The notes beneath the pieces are model-generated. The model was not told the DNA's origin, searched no databases, and saw only the letters and a program-made list of their open reading frames with translations. From contig OY762964.1 of assembly GCA_963667035.1 (NCBI GenBank), positions 1,664,001 to 1,728,000 on the forward strand: 64,000 nucleotides of DNA, given 5' to 3'. Both the position numbers and the translations under genes were made by a program. Within the stretch, counting starts at the first letter, position 1. Each line of letters opens with the position of its first letter. Positions 45,969-56,683 of this stretch are shown here, piece by piece. This DNA is from Candidatus Cloacimonadales bacterium (GTDB lineage: Bacteria; Cloacimonadota; Cloacimonadia; Cloacimonadales; JAFGVF01).

Positions 45969-47708
45969 ATGGAAAATACTTCCCGACAGAGAATAGTTAA
46001 AGTAATTCAGGCTTTACTTGGTATTGCCGGAATCATTAACTTCTTAATCCTGTTCTTTTCACCTGTATTAGAGCATATATTCGGTACAGTTGAGTTTCTA
46101 TTACCATATTCTATAGTACTTATGGTATTTTTCTGCGTATATTATGCAGTGAGATTTGTGGATTGGCTTTCTTCCAAAGAAAGAACCTTCCTTTTAGCAT
46201 CCAATAGTCTCATTCTGTTAATAGCGGGAGTAACTCTATTCATTAAACCAATGCTCTTCCTGTTAGTGATACTTATTCGGGAAATATATATACTAATCAA
46301 AACTATCAGTTCATCGCTACAATCACGAATAGCAAGATCAGGGAATAGGAATAGAGACTCGTATCAAAGCTCGTTTCTAATCAAACTAACTCAGAATCCT
46401 GCTTTAGCATTGATGTTCAGTTTCTTCCTCACAATAATGCTCGGAACATTCCTGCTTATGCATCCGCAAAGCAGTTCAAGCGGAGAAATAACACCATTTG
46501 TCGATGCTTTGTTTACTTCCACATCTGCTACCTGTGTGACAGGACTAATCGTTTATGATACGGGAACTTATTGGTCGCAAGTCGGACAGATTATTATCTT
46601 GATTCTTATCCAGATCGGTGGATTGGGTATTATGACTATATCTACGGCTTTTGCCATTATCCTGGGACAGAAGTTAACAATCTCCACTCAACAGGTTATG
46701 CAAAATGTGGTGGGAGAATCTAATAGAATAGATTTCTATACTCTCTTGAAGTCTATATTGTCATTAACATTTATTTTTGAATTCATTGGAGCGATTTTCT
46801 TACTGTTTCAATTTAGAGACCATTTACCGACATTCGGGGATGCGGTGTATCATTCTGTGTTCCACTCTGTCTCGGCATTCTGCAACGCAGGATTTGCTCT
46901 CTATCCGGATAGCTTTGTCTCCTATCAAAGTAATCCGACTGTGGTAATGACATTAAGTTTATTAATCATATTCGGAGGATTGGGATTCTCTGTTATCAAT
47001 GATATACGATTTAATTTCTTAAAGAAATTTGCCTTTAGCAGATTGACCTTACACACAAAAATAGTTCTCATTACCAGTGGCATTTTACTACTGGGAGGAA
47101 CCGCTTTGTTCTTCCTCTCCGAGTTTAGAAATACTATGGTGGATTTCAAATTTGGTACAAGACTATTAAACTCGTGGTTCCAATCGGTTACATGTAGAAC
47201 TGCAGGTTTTAATACTATCGATCAAGGACATTTGACTAACGGTTCTTCTCTCGTAAGTATATTGTTGATGTTCATCGGAGCTTCTCCGGGTTCAACGGGC
47301 GGTGGTATTAAAACCACGACTATTGCTTTATTTCTAATTGCAATGTTTGCAAATCTGAAGGGTACAACAGATATTAATGCCTTTAAGAGAAAAATTTCTA
47401 CTAAGTCATTCCGTGAAGTGATGACTCTTTTTGCAATAGCTTTACTTGCGTTAGGTACTTTGACTTTCATGCTTATGATGGTAGAAGATCTTGGATTTAA
47501 AGAACTCTGTTTTGAAGCGGTATCAGCATTTGCTACCGTAGGCTTGTCTATGGGTATAACTGCTAAATTGACAGTTTTAGGTAAGCTAATTATTGTACTT
47601 TTAATGTATTTGGGTCGTATAGGTCCAATGACTTTAATATATGCTACTACTCTCCATATAGTAAAAGTGAGAGTACGCTATAATCAGGAAAATGTTTCTA
47701 TAGGTTAA
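45969..47708 (+). CDS. ktrB: TrkH/KtrB potassium uptake membrane subunit
   Basis: SATCVTGL, SAFCNAGF, RTAGF, SAFATVGL pore motifs. Confidence 0.9.
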   Translation: MENTSRQRIVKVIQALLGIAGIINFLILFFSPVLEHIFGTVEFLLPYSIVLMVFFCVYYAVRFVDWLSSKERTFLLASNSLILLIAGVTLFIKPMLFLLVILIREIYILIKTISSSLQSRIARSGNRNRDSYQSSFLIKLTQNPALALMFSFFLTIMLGTFLLMHPQSSSSGEITPFVDALFTSTSATCVTGLIVYDTGTYWSQVGQIIILILIQIGGLGIMTISTAFAIILGQKLTISTQQVMQNVVGESNRIDFYTLLKSILSLTFIFEFIGAIFLLFQFRDHLPTFGDAVYHSVFHSVSAFCNAGFALYPDSFVSYQSNPTVVMTLSLLIIFGGLGFSVINDIRFNFLKKFAFSRLTLHTKIVLITSGILLLGGTALFFLSEFRNTMVDFKFGTRLLNSWFQSVTCRTAGFNTIDQGHLTNGSSLVSILLMFIGASPGSTGGGIKTTTIALFLIAMFANLKGTTDINAFKRKISTKSFREVMTLFAIALLALGTLTFMLMMVEDLGFKELCFEAVSAFATVGLSMGITAKLTVLGKLIIVLLMYLGRIGPMTLIYATTLHIVKVRVRYNQENVSIG

Positions 47709-47720
47709 GAAGAGGTAATT

Positions 47721-48416
47721 ATGGCGAAATTCGCAGTAATAGGGTTAGGAAGATTTGGCTCGACAGTTGCCAAAACTCTTTTTGAAAATGGTAACGAAGT
47801 AATAGCAATAGATAAAGATGCCGATATAGTTGAAGATATAAACAAATTCTCCACTCAACCGCTTGTGCTTGATTCCACTAACGAGAGAGCTCTAAAAACA
47901 GTCGGATTGGAGTATATGGATGCAGTTATATTAGGTATTGGTAGTCACATCGAAGAGAGTATTCTGACTGCCGCTATTCTTAAAAAGCTTGGTGTTAATA
48001 ATATCTATGCTAAAGTTGATAATGAGCTCCATGCCAGAATTCTTAAGCTTATAGGTGTTAAGCAGATATACTTACCCGAGCAAATGGTTGGACTGCAACT
48101 TGCTCGTAGTCTTTCCACTAAGAATATCTTTGAGTTCGTTAATTTATCATCCGGACATGTATTGGTAGAGATGAAATCTCCGAAAGATTTTATTGGAAAA
48201 TCCTTACAAGAGATTGCTTTACCTACAACTTACGGTATTCATGTTGTTGCTATTAAGTACAATGAACTAAAGGTCACAGATTCCGGCGAAAACATAATAG
48301 ACCAAAAGATTAATGACTTACCCGGTGCTACCGACATTATCCATGAAGATGATATACTGGTACTGTTAGGAGCAAGAAACTCAGTAAATGAACTTCTTAA
48401 GAAGTATTCTAAATAG
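47721..48416 (+). CDS. ktrA: TrkA/KtrA RCK subunit
   Basis: VIGLGRFG plus TrkA-C domain. Confidence 0.9.
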   Translation: MAKFAVIGLGRFGSTVAKTLFENGNEVIAIDKDADIVEDINKFSTQPLVLDSTNERALKTVGLEYMDAVILGIGSHIEESILTAAILKKLGVNNIYAKVDNELHARILKLIGVKQIYLPEQMVGLQLARSLSTKNIFEFVNLSSGHVLVEMKSPKDFIGKSLQEIALPTTYGIHVVAIKYNELKVTDSGENIIDQKINDLPGATDIIHEDDILVLLGARNSVNELLKKYSK

Positions 48417-48653
48417 ATGAAACGAAGCGGAAAAGGTAAATTATGGTTATGGTTTGTACCTTTTTTGCTTTTAATAGTTCTTCAGCCGATTATTATTACT
48501 TTATCAGGAAGTATCAAAGGACTAATCATACTATTGGAATTAATACTCTTGACAATAGTTTTTATTTGTGCAGGTATCATCTACAAATATTTTAAAAAGA
48601 AGTTTAGTGAGATAAATGAATTATCAGGACAAATTGAGGTTTTAGATGAATAA
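48417..48653 (+). CDS. small two-TM membrane protein
   Basis: 78 aa, translationally coupled to neighbours. Confidence 0.6.
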   Translation: MKRSGKGKLWLWFVPFLLLIVLQPIIITLSGSIKGLIILLELILLTIVFICAGIIYKYFKKKFSEINELSGQIEVLDE

Positions 48654-49410
48654 AAGATCTTTTACTACAATCCTTAGAGTTTTTCTATTGATTGTATTCT
48701 TATTGTTAACCATACAGAGCGTATTAATGATACGCACCATAGATGCAGGTATTAAATGGGAACAGAAAGCAATAGATTTGCAGAATATTATCTATATCTT
48801 TGTGTTTATCCAGTTTACCTTGCTCCTTATCGTTTTCTTCTATGTTCCTTATAGAATTAAAACAACTCTGCTCTCTCTGGAAAGAGTTATTAAAAACATA
48901 TCCGAATGGGCACCTACTCTTGATTTAATTGAAACTCAGATAGCTTCCGAGAAAGAGATGACTCAAATCGTGGAAGTTATTGATAAGATGTATAATAACA
49001 TTCAGAAGTTTGACCAACAAAAGAAACTGAAAATCTATGAACAGCACAGTAGAATTCTGAACATTCTTAAGCTAACTGAAAAGGAAATTATTGTACTTAC
49101 TATGCAGGGCGTTATTGCTTACTGTTCAGAATCTCTAACAGATAGATACCCCTCAATACATTCTGATGTTAACATTCTAGAGACTAGTTTTTCTCCTGAA
49201 ATAGAGAAAACAATCGTAGCATATTACAAAGAAGTTGTGAACTCAGGTCACTCTATTGATGAGAAAGTTGAATACATAGAGAAACTTCAAAAGAAGATAT
49301 CAATCCAGAATCAGATTGTACGTGATGCAGAATCAATGCCTATCGGAGTTGTTATTGCAATAAAAGAAGAACAGAGAGAAAAGAAACAACAAGCTACCCA
49401 ACAACAATGA
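48646..49410 (+). CDS. membrane protein, two TM plus coiled-coil/PAS-like region
   Basis: Two TM helices; IIVLTMQGVIAYCSE and VRDAESMPIGVVI are PAS-like. Confidence 0.6.
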   Translation: MNKRSFTTILRVFLLIVFLLLTIQSVLMIRTIDAGIKWEQKAIDLQNIIYIFVFIQFTLLLIVFFYVPYRIKTTLLSLERVIKNISEWAPTLDLIETQIASEKEMTQIVEVIDKMYNNIQKFDQQKKLKIYEQHSRILNILKLTEKEIIVLTMQGVIAYCSESLTDRYPSIHSDVNILETSFSPEIEKTIVAYYKEVVNSGHSIDEKVEYIEKLQKKISIQNQIVRDAESMPIGVVIAIKEEQREKKQQATQQQ

Positions 49411-50399
49411 CAAGAAAAGAATTGATTATCAGAGTTACTGAATCAAGTGACTCCAGACTGGATAAATACATTGCAACTCAAGGAATCGATGAACTATACT
49501 CAAGATCACTTATAGAAAAGCTTATTGCTGAAGGTGATGTTCAAGTAAATGGTAGTATTGTAAAAAAAAACTTTAAGCTTTCCGAAGCGGATGAGATAAA
49601 AATTTTACTTCCTGTTCCCGAACCTACAGAAATTGTCCCTCAAGATATACCTATTGAAATAATCTATGAAGATGACTACCTTGCAGTTATTAACAAACCA
49701 GCAGGCTTAGTTGTTCACCCCGGATCAGGGAATAAAGATAATACACTTGTTAACGGGCTTGTTTACCACTTCCAAAATTCTTTATCGGAAGGTTCCGAAA
49801 GGTTCAGACCGGGGATTGTACATCGATTGGATAAGGACACCTCAGGGGTACTTATCGTTGCTAAAGAAGATAGAACTCACTCTCTTTTGCAAACAATGTT
49901 TATGAATAAAGAAATTAAGAAAACATATAGAGCTGTATGCGTTGGAACTCCAAAAGAAGAAGGAGCAACTATTGAGGGATACATTGAGCGGGATCCTGTT
50001 AATCCTATTAAAATGAGAGTCTCGAATTCAGGGAAATGGTGCGTAACTCATTACGAAATACTTAAGTATTATCACTATTTCACATATCTTGACATAGATT
50101 TAGAGACAGGTAGAACTCATCAGATAAGGGTTCATCTTAGTAGTATTAACCTGCCAATCTTGGGTGACAGACTATACAATTCTGCGGACACTACTGCTAC
50201 AAGAATCCCCTCAAACTATCGAAGGAAACTTAAGATGTTGTTAGATAAACACCTTCCTGTGCAAGCCCTTCATGCTTATAAGATTGCTTTCAAGCATCCT
50301 ATAACAGAGCAGGATATGGAGTTTACAGCTCCTTTACCTGAGTACTTTGAATATGCTTTAAATTGGCTCGAAGAAAACTTTGCGATAACAGAAGAATAA
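49407..50399 (+). CDS. rluD: RluA-family pseudouridine synthase
   Basis: S4 domain (RLDKYI), NKPAGLVVHP, HRLDKDTSG, TGRTHQIR. Confidence 0.92.
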   Translation: MTRKELIIRVTESSDSRLDKYIATQGIDELYSRSLIEKLIAEGDVQVNGSIVKKNFKLSEADEIKILLPVPEPTEIVPQDIPIEIIYEDDYLAVINKPAGLVVHPGSGNKDNTLVNGLVYHFQNSLSEGSERFRPGIVHRLDKDTSGVLIVAKEDRTHSLLQTMFMNKEIKKTYRAVCVGTPKEEGATIEGYIERDPVNPIKMRVSNSGKWCVTHYEILKYYHYFTYLDIDLETGRTHQIRVHLSSINLPILGDRLYNSADTTATRIPSNYRRKLKMLLDKHLPVQALHAYKIAFKHPITEQDMEFTAPLPEYFEYALNWLEENFAITEE

Positions 50400-50453
50400 G
50401 TTTATATTGACATACGCTTTAATTATATATTTGGTTGGATAAAGGAATCTAAA

Positions 50454-51188
50454 ATGAATAAAAAGATTATATATATTTTACTTGGCTTACTACTTTTCAC
50501 TTCAATACTCTCATCTGTTGACTTTCCAAAAGCAACAGGATGGGTTAACGATTATGCAAATAAGATTGATCCACAAACAGAAGCCAGGCTATCCAATCTT
50601 ATATCTGAAGTCAGGCAGAAAACTAATGTAGATATTGCCGTTGGCATAGTTAGTGACCTACAGGGTATGGACTATGAGGACTATGCCAATCAGTTATACC
50701 GCTTTTGGGGTGTCGGCAATAGCAAAAATGAGGGTGTATTAATTCTTGTAGCCCTTAAAGAACGTAAAATCAAGATTGAAGTTGGCTATGGCTCAGAAGG
50801 TTACATCACTGATTATAAAGCTTCCTTAATTTATAACAATATGAAGACTTATCTGAACAGAGGTATGGAAGATTATTCCAGAGCTATTGGTTATGCTGTA
50901 AACGCATGTGCTTCTGAAATTGCAAAAGAGCATCTGGTAACACTCAGTGGTCAATATTCCACAAGAAATAAACAGAAGAGACGAGGGATTAATTTATCGG
51001 CAATAATATTTATAATATTGGTAATCCTCACTCGTGGACGAATCCTCATCTGGCTCATGATTTTTGGTGGCGGTGGAAGAGGTTTCGGTGGAATGGGTAG
51101 CGGTCGCTCAGGAGGCGGAGGCTTTGGCGGTTTCGGTGGTTTCGGTGGAGGTAGCTCCGGAGGTGGTGGTGCAGGAGGTAGTTTCTGA
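50454..51188 (+). CDS. TPM-domain protein (YgcG-like)
   Basis: VNDYA, IEVGYG.EG, Gly-rich tail GGSSGGGGAGGSF. Confidence 0.9.
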   Translation: MNKKIIYILLGLLLFTSILSSVDFPKATGWVNDYANKIDPQTEARLSNLISEVRQKTNVDIAVGIVSDLQGMDYEDYANQLYRFWGVGNSKNEGVLILVALKERKIKIEVGYGSEGYITDYKASLIYNNMKTYLNRGMEDYSRAIGYAVNACASEIAKEHLVTLSGQYSTRNKQKRRGINLSAIIFIILVILTRGRILIWLMIFGGGGRGFGGMGSGRSGGGGFGGFGGFGGGSSGGGGAGGSF

Positions 51189-51778
51189 TGGAATTTCTTA
51201 TTGTATTTATTAAAGTCCTCATTATACTTGCCGTAAATATAGGTCTTGGACTTTTTCTTGCTGAAATACTACGCTTTTTCTTAATCAACGAATGGAAACG
51301 TAAGATTGTGATAGCAGGTTATAACCTAACTCCCGGCTTTATTATAAGTAAAAGACAATGGGTATTAGATAAAGCCTATGAACTTCTTAATGACTACCTT
51401 GATCAAGCCGATTTGAAGAAAGAAGGATATCTGGCTAAATGGGAGCAGAAAGTATATGACTTTATCTATGAGAATATGGATTTCGTTGAGAAAGCCAAAC
51501 TGCTACCCGAATCATTTAGAATTAAGATAAGACACCTATCCGGTAGCTGTGCTAAATCAATAGCTGCAAAACTGCTACGCGAATTTGTACCTTTTATAAT
51601 CAAGAAATATAGCATAAAGAACAAAATAGACCTACTTGCCGTTAAGTTCGACATAAACACTATTATAGAATTCTATAACAAATACATCCATGAATATCTA
51701 ACCAAATTCAATCTTGTGTTTTTCGGTTTCATCGGCATAGTAAATGTTATAACTTTCCTTTTATTATTGCTTTTTTAA
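51188..51778 (+). CDS. hypothetical membrane protein
   Basis: N- and C-terminal TM helices; coupled to the TPM gene. Confidence 0.65.
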   Translation: MEFLIVFIKVLIILAVNIGLGLFLAEILRFFLINEWKRKIVIAGYNLTPGFIISKRQWVLDKAYELLNDYLDQADLKKEGYLAKWEQKVYDFIYENMDFVEKAKLLPESFRIKIRHLSGSCAKSIAAKLLREFVPFIIKKYSIKNKIDLLAVKFDINTIIEFYNKYIHEYLTKFNLVFFGFIGIVNVITFLLLLLF

Positions 51779-51935
51779 CTAACGTTGATTAATTGTAGTC
51801 TTAACTATTATTTAACATAGCTGAGACTCATCAATACATAGTTTCCAAATTTAGCTTACCTCTCCCTCATTTTTCCTTGACACAGAACCTCTTGCACCAT
51901 GTTTAGAAGAAAATTAACTATCAGGGAGTAAGTCT

Positions 51936-54005
51936 ATGGAACAACAACGCATCCATGAGCATCCGGTACTTGATGTGCCAGAGAAGAAAGAGATTAAATT
52001 CTATTGGGACAATCAATGTCTAACTGCAAATGAAGGTGAAGTAATCTCCTCAGCATTAATGGCTAACGGCATTAAAACATTCGGACATCATCACAAAGAC
52101 GGCACAGCCCAGGGGATATTCTGTGCTAATGGTCAATGTGCAAAATGTATGGTAATAGCTAACGGTATTCCTGTAAAATCATGTATGACAATTGTTCAGG
52201 AGAACATGATTGTTAAACCTGCTGACGGTTTACCGGAGATGCCTGAGTCGGAAGAAAATCCTAATTTGGAACCTATTGAAGAGTTGAAAACGGATGTTCT
52301 GATTATTGGTGGTGGTCCTGCCGGATTATCTGCAGCAATAGAACTTGGAAGCCGTAACATCAAAGCTCTTATTGTTGATGATAAAAATGTACTTGGTGGC
52401 AAGCTTGTTCTCCAAACACATAAATTCTTTGGCTCGGTTGAAGATTCTCATGCAGGAACAAGAGGAAATGCTATCGGAAGATTATTAGCTGAGAAAGTTA
52501 TGGCAATGGATGCTATTGATGTATGGTTAAATAGTACTGCTCTCTACGTGTTTAGCGATAAAAAGGTTGGAATTGTTAAAGATGGTATTTACAAGATAGT
52601 TGAGCCAAAGCTTATTCTTAATGCAGCGGGAGCAAGAGAGAAGTTCCTTCGTTTTAACGGAAATACTCTCGCAGGTATTTATGGTGCAGGTGCTTTCCAG
52701 ACCTTAGTTAATCGTGATCTTGTAAGACCTACAGAACGCCTCTTTATTATCGGTGGCGGTAATGTAGGACTTATTGCCGGATATCATGCACTTCAAGCAG
52801 GAATTGACGTTGTTGGACTTGTAGAAGCCATGCCAACTTGTGGCGGTTATAAAGTTCATGCTGACAAATTGAAAAGACTTGGTGTTCCAATCTATACTTC
52901 ACACACTATCCTCTCGGCAAATGGAGATGAAGAAGTTAGTTCTATCACGATAGCTGCAATAAATGATAAATTTGAACCTATCAAAGGTACTGAACAGACC
53001 TTTGATTGCGATACCATTCTGATCGCTGTAGGACTTGATAAATTAGATGAATTCACTAATGAAGCTGAAATAGCAGGTATAAATGTATTTGCTGCAGGAG
53101 ATGCTCATGAAATAGCTGAAGCTTCGTCTGCTATGTTTAATGGTAAGATAGCCGGTATAGAAATTTGTAAAGCTATGGGTACCGATATAGGCGAGATTCC
53201 TGAAGATTGGAAACAAAAAGCAGAAGTTCTTAAATCACATCCGGGAGCATTACATTCATATAAAACCTATCCAAATGATGAAGGTGTTTTCCCGGTAATT
53301 CATTGTTTACAAGAAATTCCTTGTAATCCATGTACAACAGTATGCCCGACAAACTCCATCCATACAGAGGATGGTGGTTTAATGGGTGTTCCTATCTATG
53401 ATGGTAGTTGTATCGGTTGTGGAAAGTGTGTTCTTATTTGCCCGGGACTTGCTATCACTTTAGTTGATTTTAGAAAAGATCTGGAAATGCCAATTGTGAC
53501 AATGCCTTATGAAGTCGGTAACTATCCTGTTAAAGAAGGAGCCAAGGTTAAAGTCGTCGATATTAACGGTAATGATCTTGAGGAAGCAGAAGTTACTCAA
53601 GTAATGACAAATAAAGCTAACAGAACTCAGCTTGTAAGAGTTAAAGCTTCCAAGTCAAATGCAAGAAAGATTGCTGCTTTCACAGTTCAAGCAGATGATG
53701 TATCAGCACCTAATACCGAGACAATCATTGATGAGAAACAACCTGATGATGCTATGATCTGTCTCTGTGAAAGGGTAACAGTTGGCGAAGTTAGACAACT
53801 AATAAAGAAAGGTATAACTGACCTTAATCAAATAAAAGCTATTACTCGTTCAGGAATGGGACCATGCGGTGCCAAGACCTGCGATACCCTTATCAAACAA
53901 GTTCTCAGACAGGAAGGTATACCTGTAGAGAATGTTGTTCCAAACACAAAGAGACCTGTGTTTATTGAAGTTCCATTAGAAGTTTTTGCAGACGGTAAGG
54001 AGTAA
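51936..54005 (+). CDS. multidomain 2Fe-2S/FAD/4Fe-4S/BFD oxidoreductase (proline dehydrogenase/sarcosine oxidase alpha-like)
   Basis: FCANGQCAKC, GGGPAG, GGGNVG, CNPCTTVCP, CIGCGKCVLICP, CLCE...GMGPC...C. Confidence 0.88.
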   Translation: MEQQRIHEHPVLDVPEKKEIKFYWDNQCLTANEGEVISSALMANGIKTFGHHHKDGTAQGIFCANGQCAKCMVIANGIPVKSCMTIVQENMIVKPADGLPEMPESEENPNLEPIEELKTDVLIIGGGPAGLSAAIELGSRNIKALIVDDKNVLGGKLVLQTHKFFGSVEDSHAGTRGNAIGRLLAEKVMAMDAIDVWLNSTALYVFSDKKVGIVKDGIYKIVEPKLILNAAGAREKFLRFNGNTLAGIYGAGAFQTLVNRDLVRPTERLFIIGGGNVGLIAGYHALQAGIDVVGLVEAMPTCGGYKVHADKLKRLGVPIYTSHTILSANGDEEVSSITIAAINDKFEPIKGTEQTFDCDTILIAVGLDKLDEFTNEAEIAGINVFAAGDAHEIAEASSAMFNGKIAGIEICKAMGTDIGEIPEDWKQKAEVLKSHPGALHSYKTYPNDEGVFPVIHCLQEIPCNPCTTVCPTNSIHTEDGGLMGVPIYDGSCIGCGKCVLICPGLAITLVDFRKDLEMPIVTMPYEVGNYPVKEGAKVKVVDINGNDLEEAEVTQVMTNKANRTQLVRVKASKSNARKIAAFTVQADDVSAPNTETIIDEKQPDDAMICLCERVTVGEVRQLIKKGITDLNQIKAITRSGMGPCGAKTCDTLIKQVLRQEGIPVENVVPNTKRPVFIEVPLEVFADGKE

Positions 54006-54009
54006 TAAA

Positions 54010-55161
54010 ATGAAGAATTATGATGTAATTGTAATTGGTGCAGGTTCAGTAGGCTTACCAACTGCTGTTGAGATTGCCGAACGTAATTTGAGCGTTTTAT
54101 GCCTGGAAGCTAAACCGGGTCCGGGACAAGGTAACAACAAGAAGGCTATAGGTGGTGTAAGAGCTACTCATTCAGATTTTGGTAAGATTCAAACATGTAA
54201 GAGAAGTATTGAAATTCTTTCAACATGGAAAGAAGTCTATGGTGATGACTTAGGCTGGATGTCCAATGGATACTCATATCCTGCTTATACAGATGATCAT
54301 GAAAAGAAATTTAAGGACTTAATGAAGATACAGCATAAGTTCGGATTAAATATTAGTTGGGTTTCTCCCGAAGAATATAATGAATTGGTTCCTGGCATTG
54401 AAATGGAGGATTTAAGAGGTTCTACTTATTCACCTGAGGATGGTAGTTGTTCTCCTCTTCTTACTGTTTCCGCATACTACTTTAGAGCTTTACGTGCAGG
54501 CGTTGATATGCATTTCAATGAGGCTGTAACTGGTATTGAAATGTCAGGCAATAAGATAACTGCCGTTAAAACTGATAAAGGTGTTTATGGTTGCGGACAA
54601 GTTGTTAATGCTGCAGGAAACTACGCAAGACAGATAGGCAAAATGGTTGGACTTGATGTCAAAGTCTTCCCTGATAATCACGAAGCCGGTATCTCTGATC
54701 CGGTTAAGAGATTCTTTGGTCCTATGGTTATCGATATGCGCAAAGCTCCCGGTTCTGCTAATTTCTACTTCTATCAGAACCATGAAGGTCAGATTGTATT
54801 CTGCTATACTCCTGACCCTCCTATTGTCGGAATTGATAATGAAGCAACTTCCGAGTTTCTACCTACTATTGCCAGAAGAATGTTAAAGATTTATCCTCGT
54901 CTCCGTTTCTATAAAGTACGTAGAACTTGGAGAGGACAGTATCCAATGACCCCTGACGGATTCCCTATAGTTGGTAGAGTAAATGAAATTGAGAACTATA
55001 TCAATTGTGTGGGTATGTGTGGACAAGGCTTCATGCTCGGACCTGGAATGGGTGAATTAGTTGCTCGCATAGTAACAAATGCAGAAACAGAAGATGATAT
55101 TCATACCTTGAAGAGCTACGATTTCTACCGTGACTATTCTGGTATGGAAGCTTTTAAATAG
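54010..55161 (+). CDS. DAO-family FAD oxidoreductase (beta subunit)
   Basis: IGAGSVG, VNAAG, TPDGFPIVG, GQGFMLGP. Confidence 0.88.
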   Translation: MKNYDVIVIGAGSVGLPTAVEIAERNLSVLCLEAKPGPGQGNNKKAIGGVRATHSDFGKIQTCKRSIEILSTWKEVYGDDLGWMSNGYSYPAYTDDHEKKFKDLMKIQHKFGLNISWVSPEEYNELVPGIEMEDLRGSTYSPEDGSCSPLLTVSAYYFRALRAGVDMHFNEAVTGIEMSGNKITAVKTDKGVYGCGQVVNAAGNYARQIGKMVGLDVKVFPDNHEAGISDPVKRFFGPMVIDMRKAPGSANFYFYQNHEGQIVFCYTPDPPIVGIDNEATSEFLPTIARRMLKIYPRLRFYKVRRTWRGQYPMTPDGFPIVGRVNEIENYINCVGMCGQGFMLGPGMGELVARIVTNAETEDDIHTLKSYDFYRDYSGMEAFK

Positions 55162-55180
55162 AATTAAACTTATTTAGAAC

Positions 55181-55216
55181 AAGGGAGTTTGCAACCGTAA
55201 ACTCCCTTTATTCTTT
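55181..55216 (+). terminator. intrinsic terminator between convergent operons
   Basis: AAGGGAGTTTGC/GTAAACTCCCTT stem. Confidence 0.75.
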
Positions 55217-55238
55217 GTAAACTCTATTTAAATTTGAC

Positions 55239-55919
55239 TTATTGTGGTAAGCTGAAAACTCCCACTTTATCAGTAATAATCAAACTAGCTTCAGTTGCTT
55301 TAACAACTTCTTCTACTGTATAACCTTCAGCAACTTCATGAAGAACTAAACCTTCAGGAGTTACATCAATAACTGCCATTTCAGTTACAATCATCGTAAC
55401 AACACCCATTGCTGTAAGAGGAAGATTGCACTCTTTAAGTATTTTTGGATTCCCTTTCTTGTCGGTGTGCTCCATAGTAACAATAACTTTCTTAGCACCA
55501 ACAACAAGATCCATAGCTCCCCCCATACCTGGAACCATCTTTCCGGGAATCATCCAGTTGGCAAGATTACCCTTTTCATCAACTTGTAACCCACCCAGTA
55601 CAGTCATAGCAAGGTGACCACCACGGATAATACCAAAACTGACGCATGAATCGAAGTAACAAGCTCCGGGAGCAGCAGTAATATAACCACCACCGGCATT
55701 AATCATCTCTTCATCTTGCATTCCTTCTGCAGGAGCAGGACCAACACCCATAATTCCGTTTTCACTTTGGAAAACTACACTAACTCCTTCAGGAATATAG
55801 TTTGCAGCCATAGTTGGAATTCCGATACCAAGATTTACATAATCACCATCCTGCATCTCTTGAGCAACACGCCATCCGATAATCTGTCTTTTATAATTTT
55901 TATCTGTTCTATCTATCAT
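55239..55919 (-). CDS. atoA: 3-oxoacid CoA-transferase subunit B
   Basis: VNLGIGIPT, QSENG, GMGGAMDLV. Confidence 0.9.
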   Translation of the reverse strand: MIDRTDKNYKRQIIGWRVAQEMQDGDYVNLGIGIPTMAANYIPEGVSVVFQSENGIMGVGPAPAEGMQDEEMINAGGGYITAAPGACYFDSCVSFGIIRGGHLAMTVLGGLQVDEKGNLANWMIPGKMVPGMGGAMDLVVGAKKVIVTMEHTDKKGNPKILKECNLPLTAMGVVTMIVTEMAVIDVTPEGLVLHEVAEGYTVEEVVKATEASLIITDKVGVFSLPQ

Positions 55920-55928
55920 TATAAGCTC

Positions 55929-56576
55929 CTATTTCTTAACAAGGTAGTTAACAAAGATACCCGAAGTAACAACTTGTTCGGGATCAAGTTCACCAATTTC
56001 AACAATCTCATCAACTTCTGCAATAACAATCTTAGCTGCAGTAGCCATAATAGGATTACTGTTTCGAGCAGTTTTACTATAAATAAGATTACCTTGTTTA
56101 TCAGCTTTATGAGCCTTAATAATAGCAATATCACCGGCTAAAGCTTTTTCTAATAGAAAGTCTTTACCATCAACATTAATAACTTGCTTCCCTTCAGCAG
56201 CTAATGTTCCAAGACCTACAGGCGTAAGAACTCCTCCTAAACCTGCACCTGCAGCGCGTACTCTCTCCATGAGGGATCCTTGAGGTATGAGCTCAACTTC
56301 AATTTCACCTTCATTCATCTGTCTTTGAATCTCTCTATTTGTTCCAAGATGAGAAACTTGAACTTTGCTAGCTTGTTTATTAACTATAAGTTTTCCCATT
56401 CCTCTGTTCTCCCAGTCGGAAGCGATTACAACAAGAGAAAGATCTTTAGTTCCTTGCTCTACAAGAGCATCAATGATGGATTCCGGTGCTCCAACGGCAA
56501 GAAATCCACCGATGAGTACTTTATTGCCTTGCTTAACCAGATTGGCTGCTTCACGGGCAGTAATGATTTTTGGCAT
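55929..56576 (-). CDS. atoD: 3-oxoacid CoA-transferase subunit A
   Basis: IGGFLAVG.P, PQG.L.ER.RA.GAG, GNL...TARN.NP. Confidence 0.9.
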   Translation of the reverse strand: MPKIITAREAANLVKQGNKVLIGGFLAVGAPESIIDALVEQGTKDLSLVVIASDWENRGMGKLIVNKQASKVQVSHLGTNREIQRQMNEGEIEVELIPQGSLMERVRAAGAGLGGVLTPVGLGTLAAEGKQVINVDGKDFLLEKALAGDIAIIKAHKADKQGNLIYSKTARNSNPIMATAAKIVIAEVDEIVEIGELDPEQVVTSGIFVNYLVKK

Positions 56577-56683
56577 AGGCTCTCCTTTTATCAGTTATTT
56601 TTATGCTGGAAGTTTCATAAAATCTTTACATCGGTCAAGCAATTTTTATAAACCAGCGATTGAATTAACTCGAAATGGTAATA

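Noticed and set aside
51060..51185. GGT/GGC-rich low-complexity repeat
   Set aside because: Encodes the normal Gly-rich tail of TPM-domain proteins
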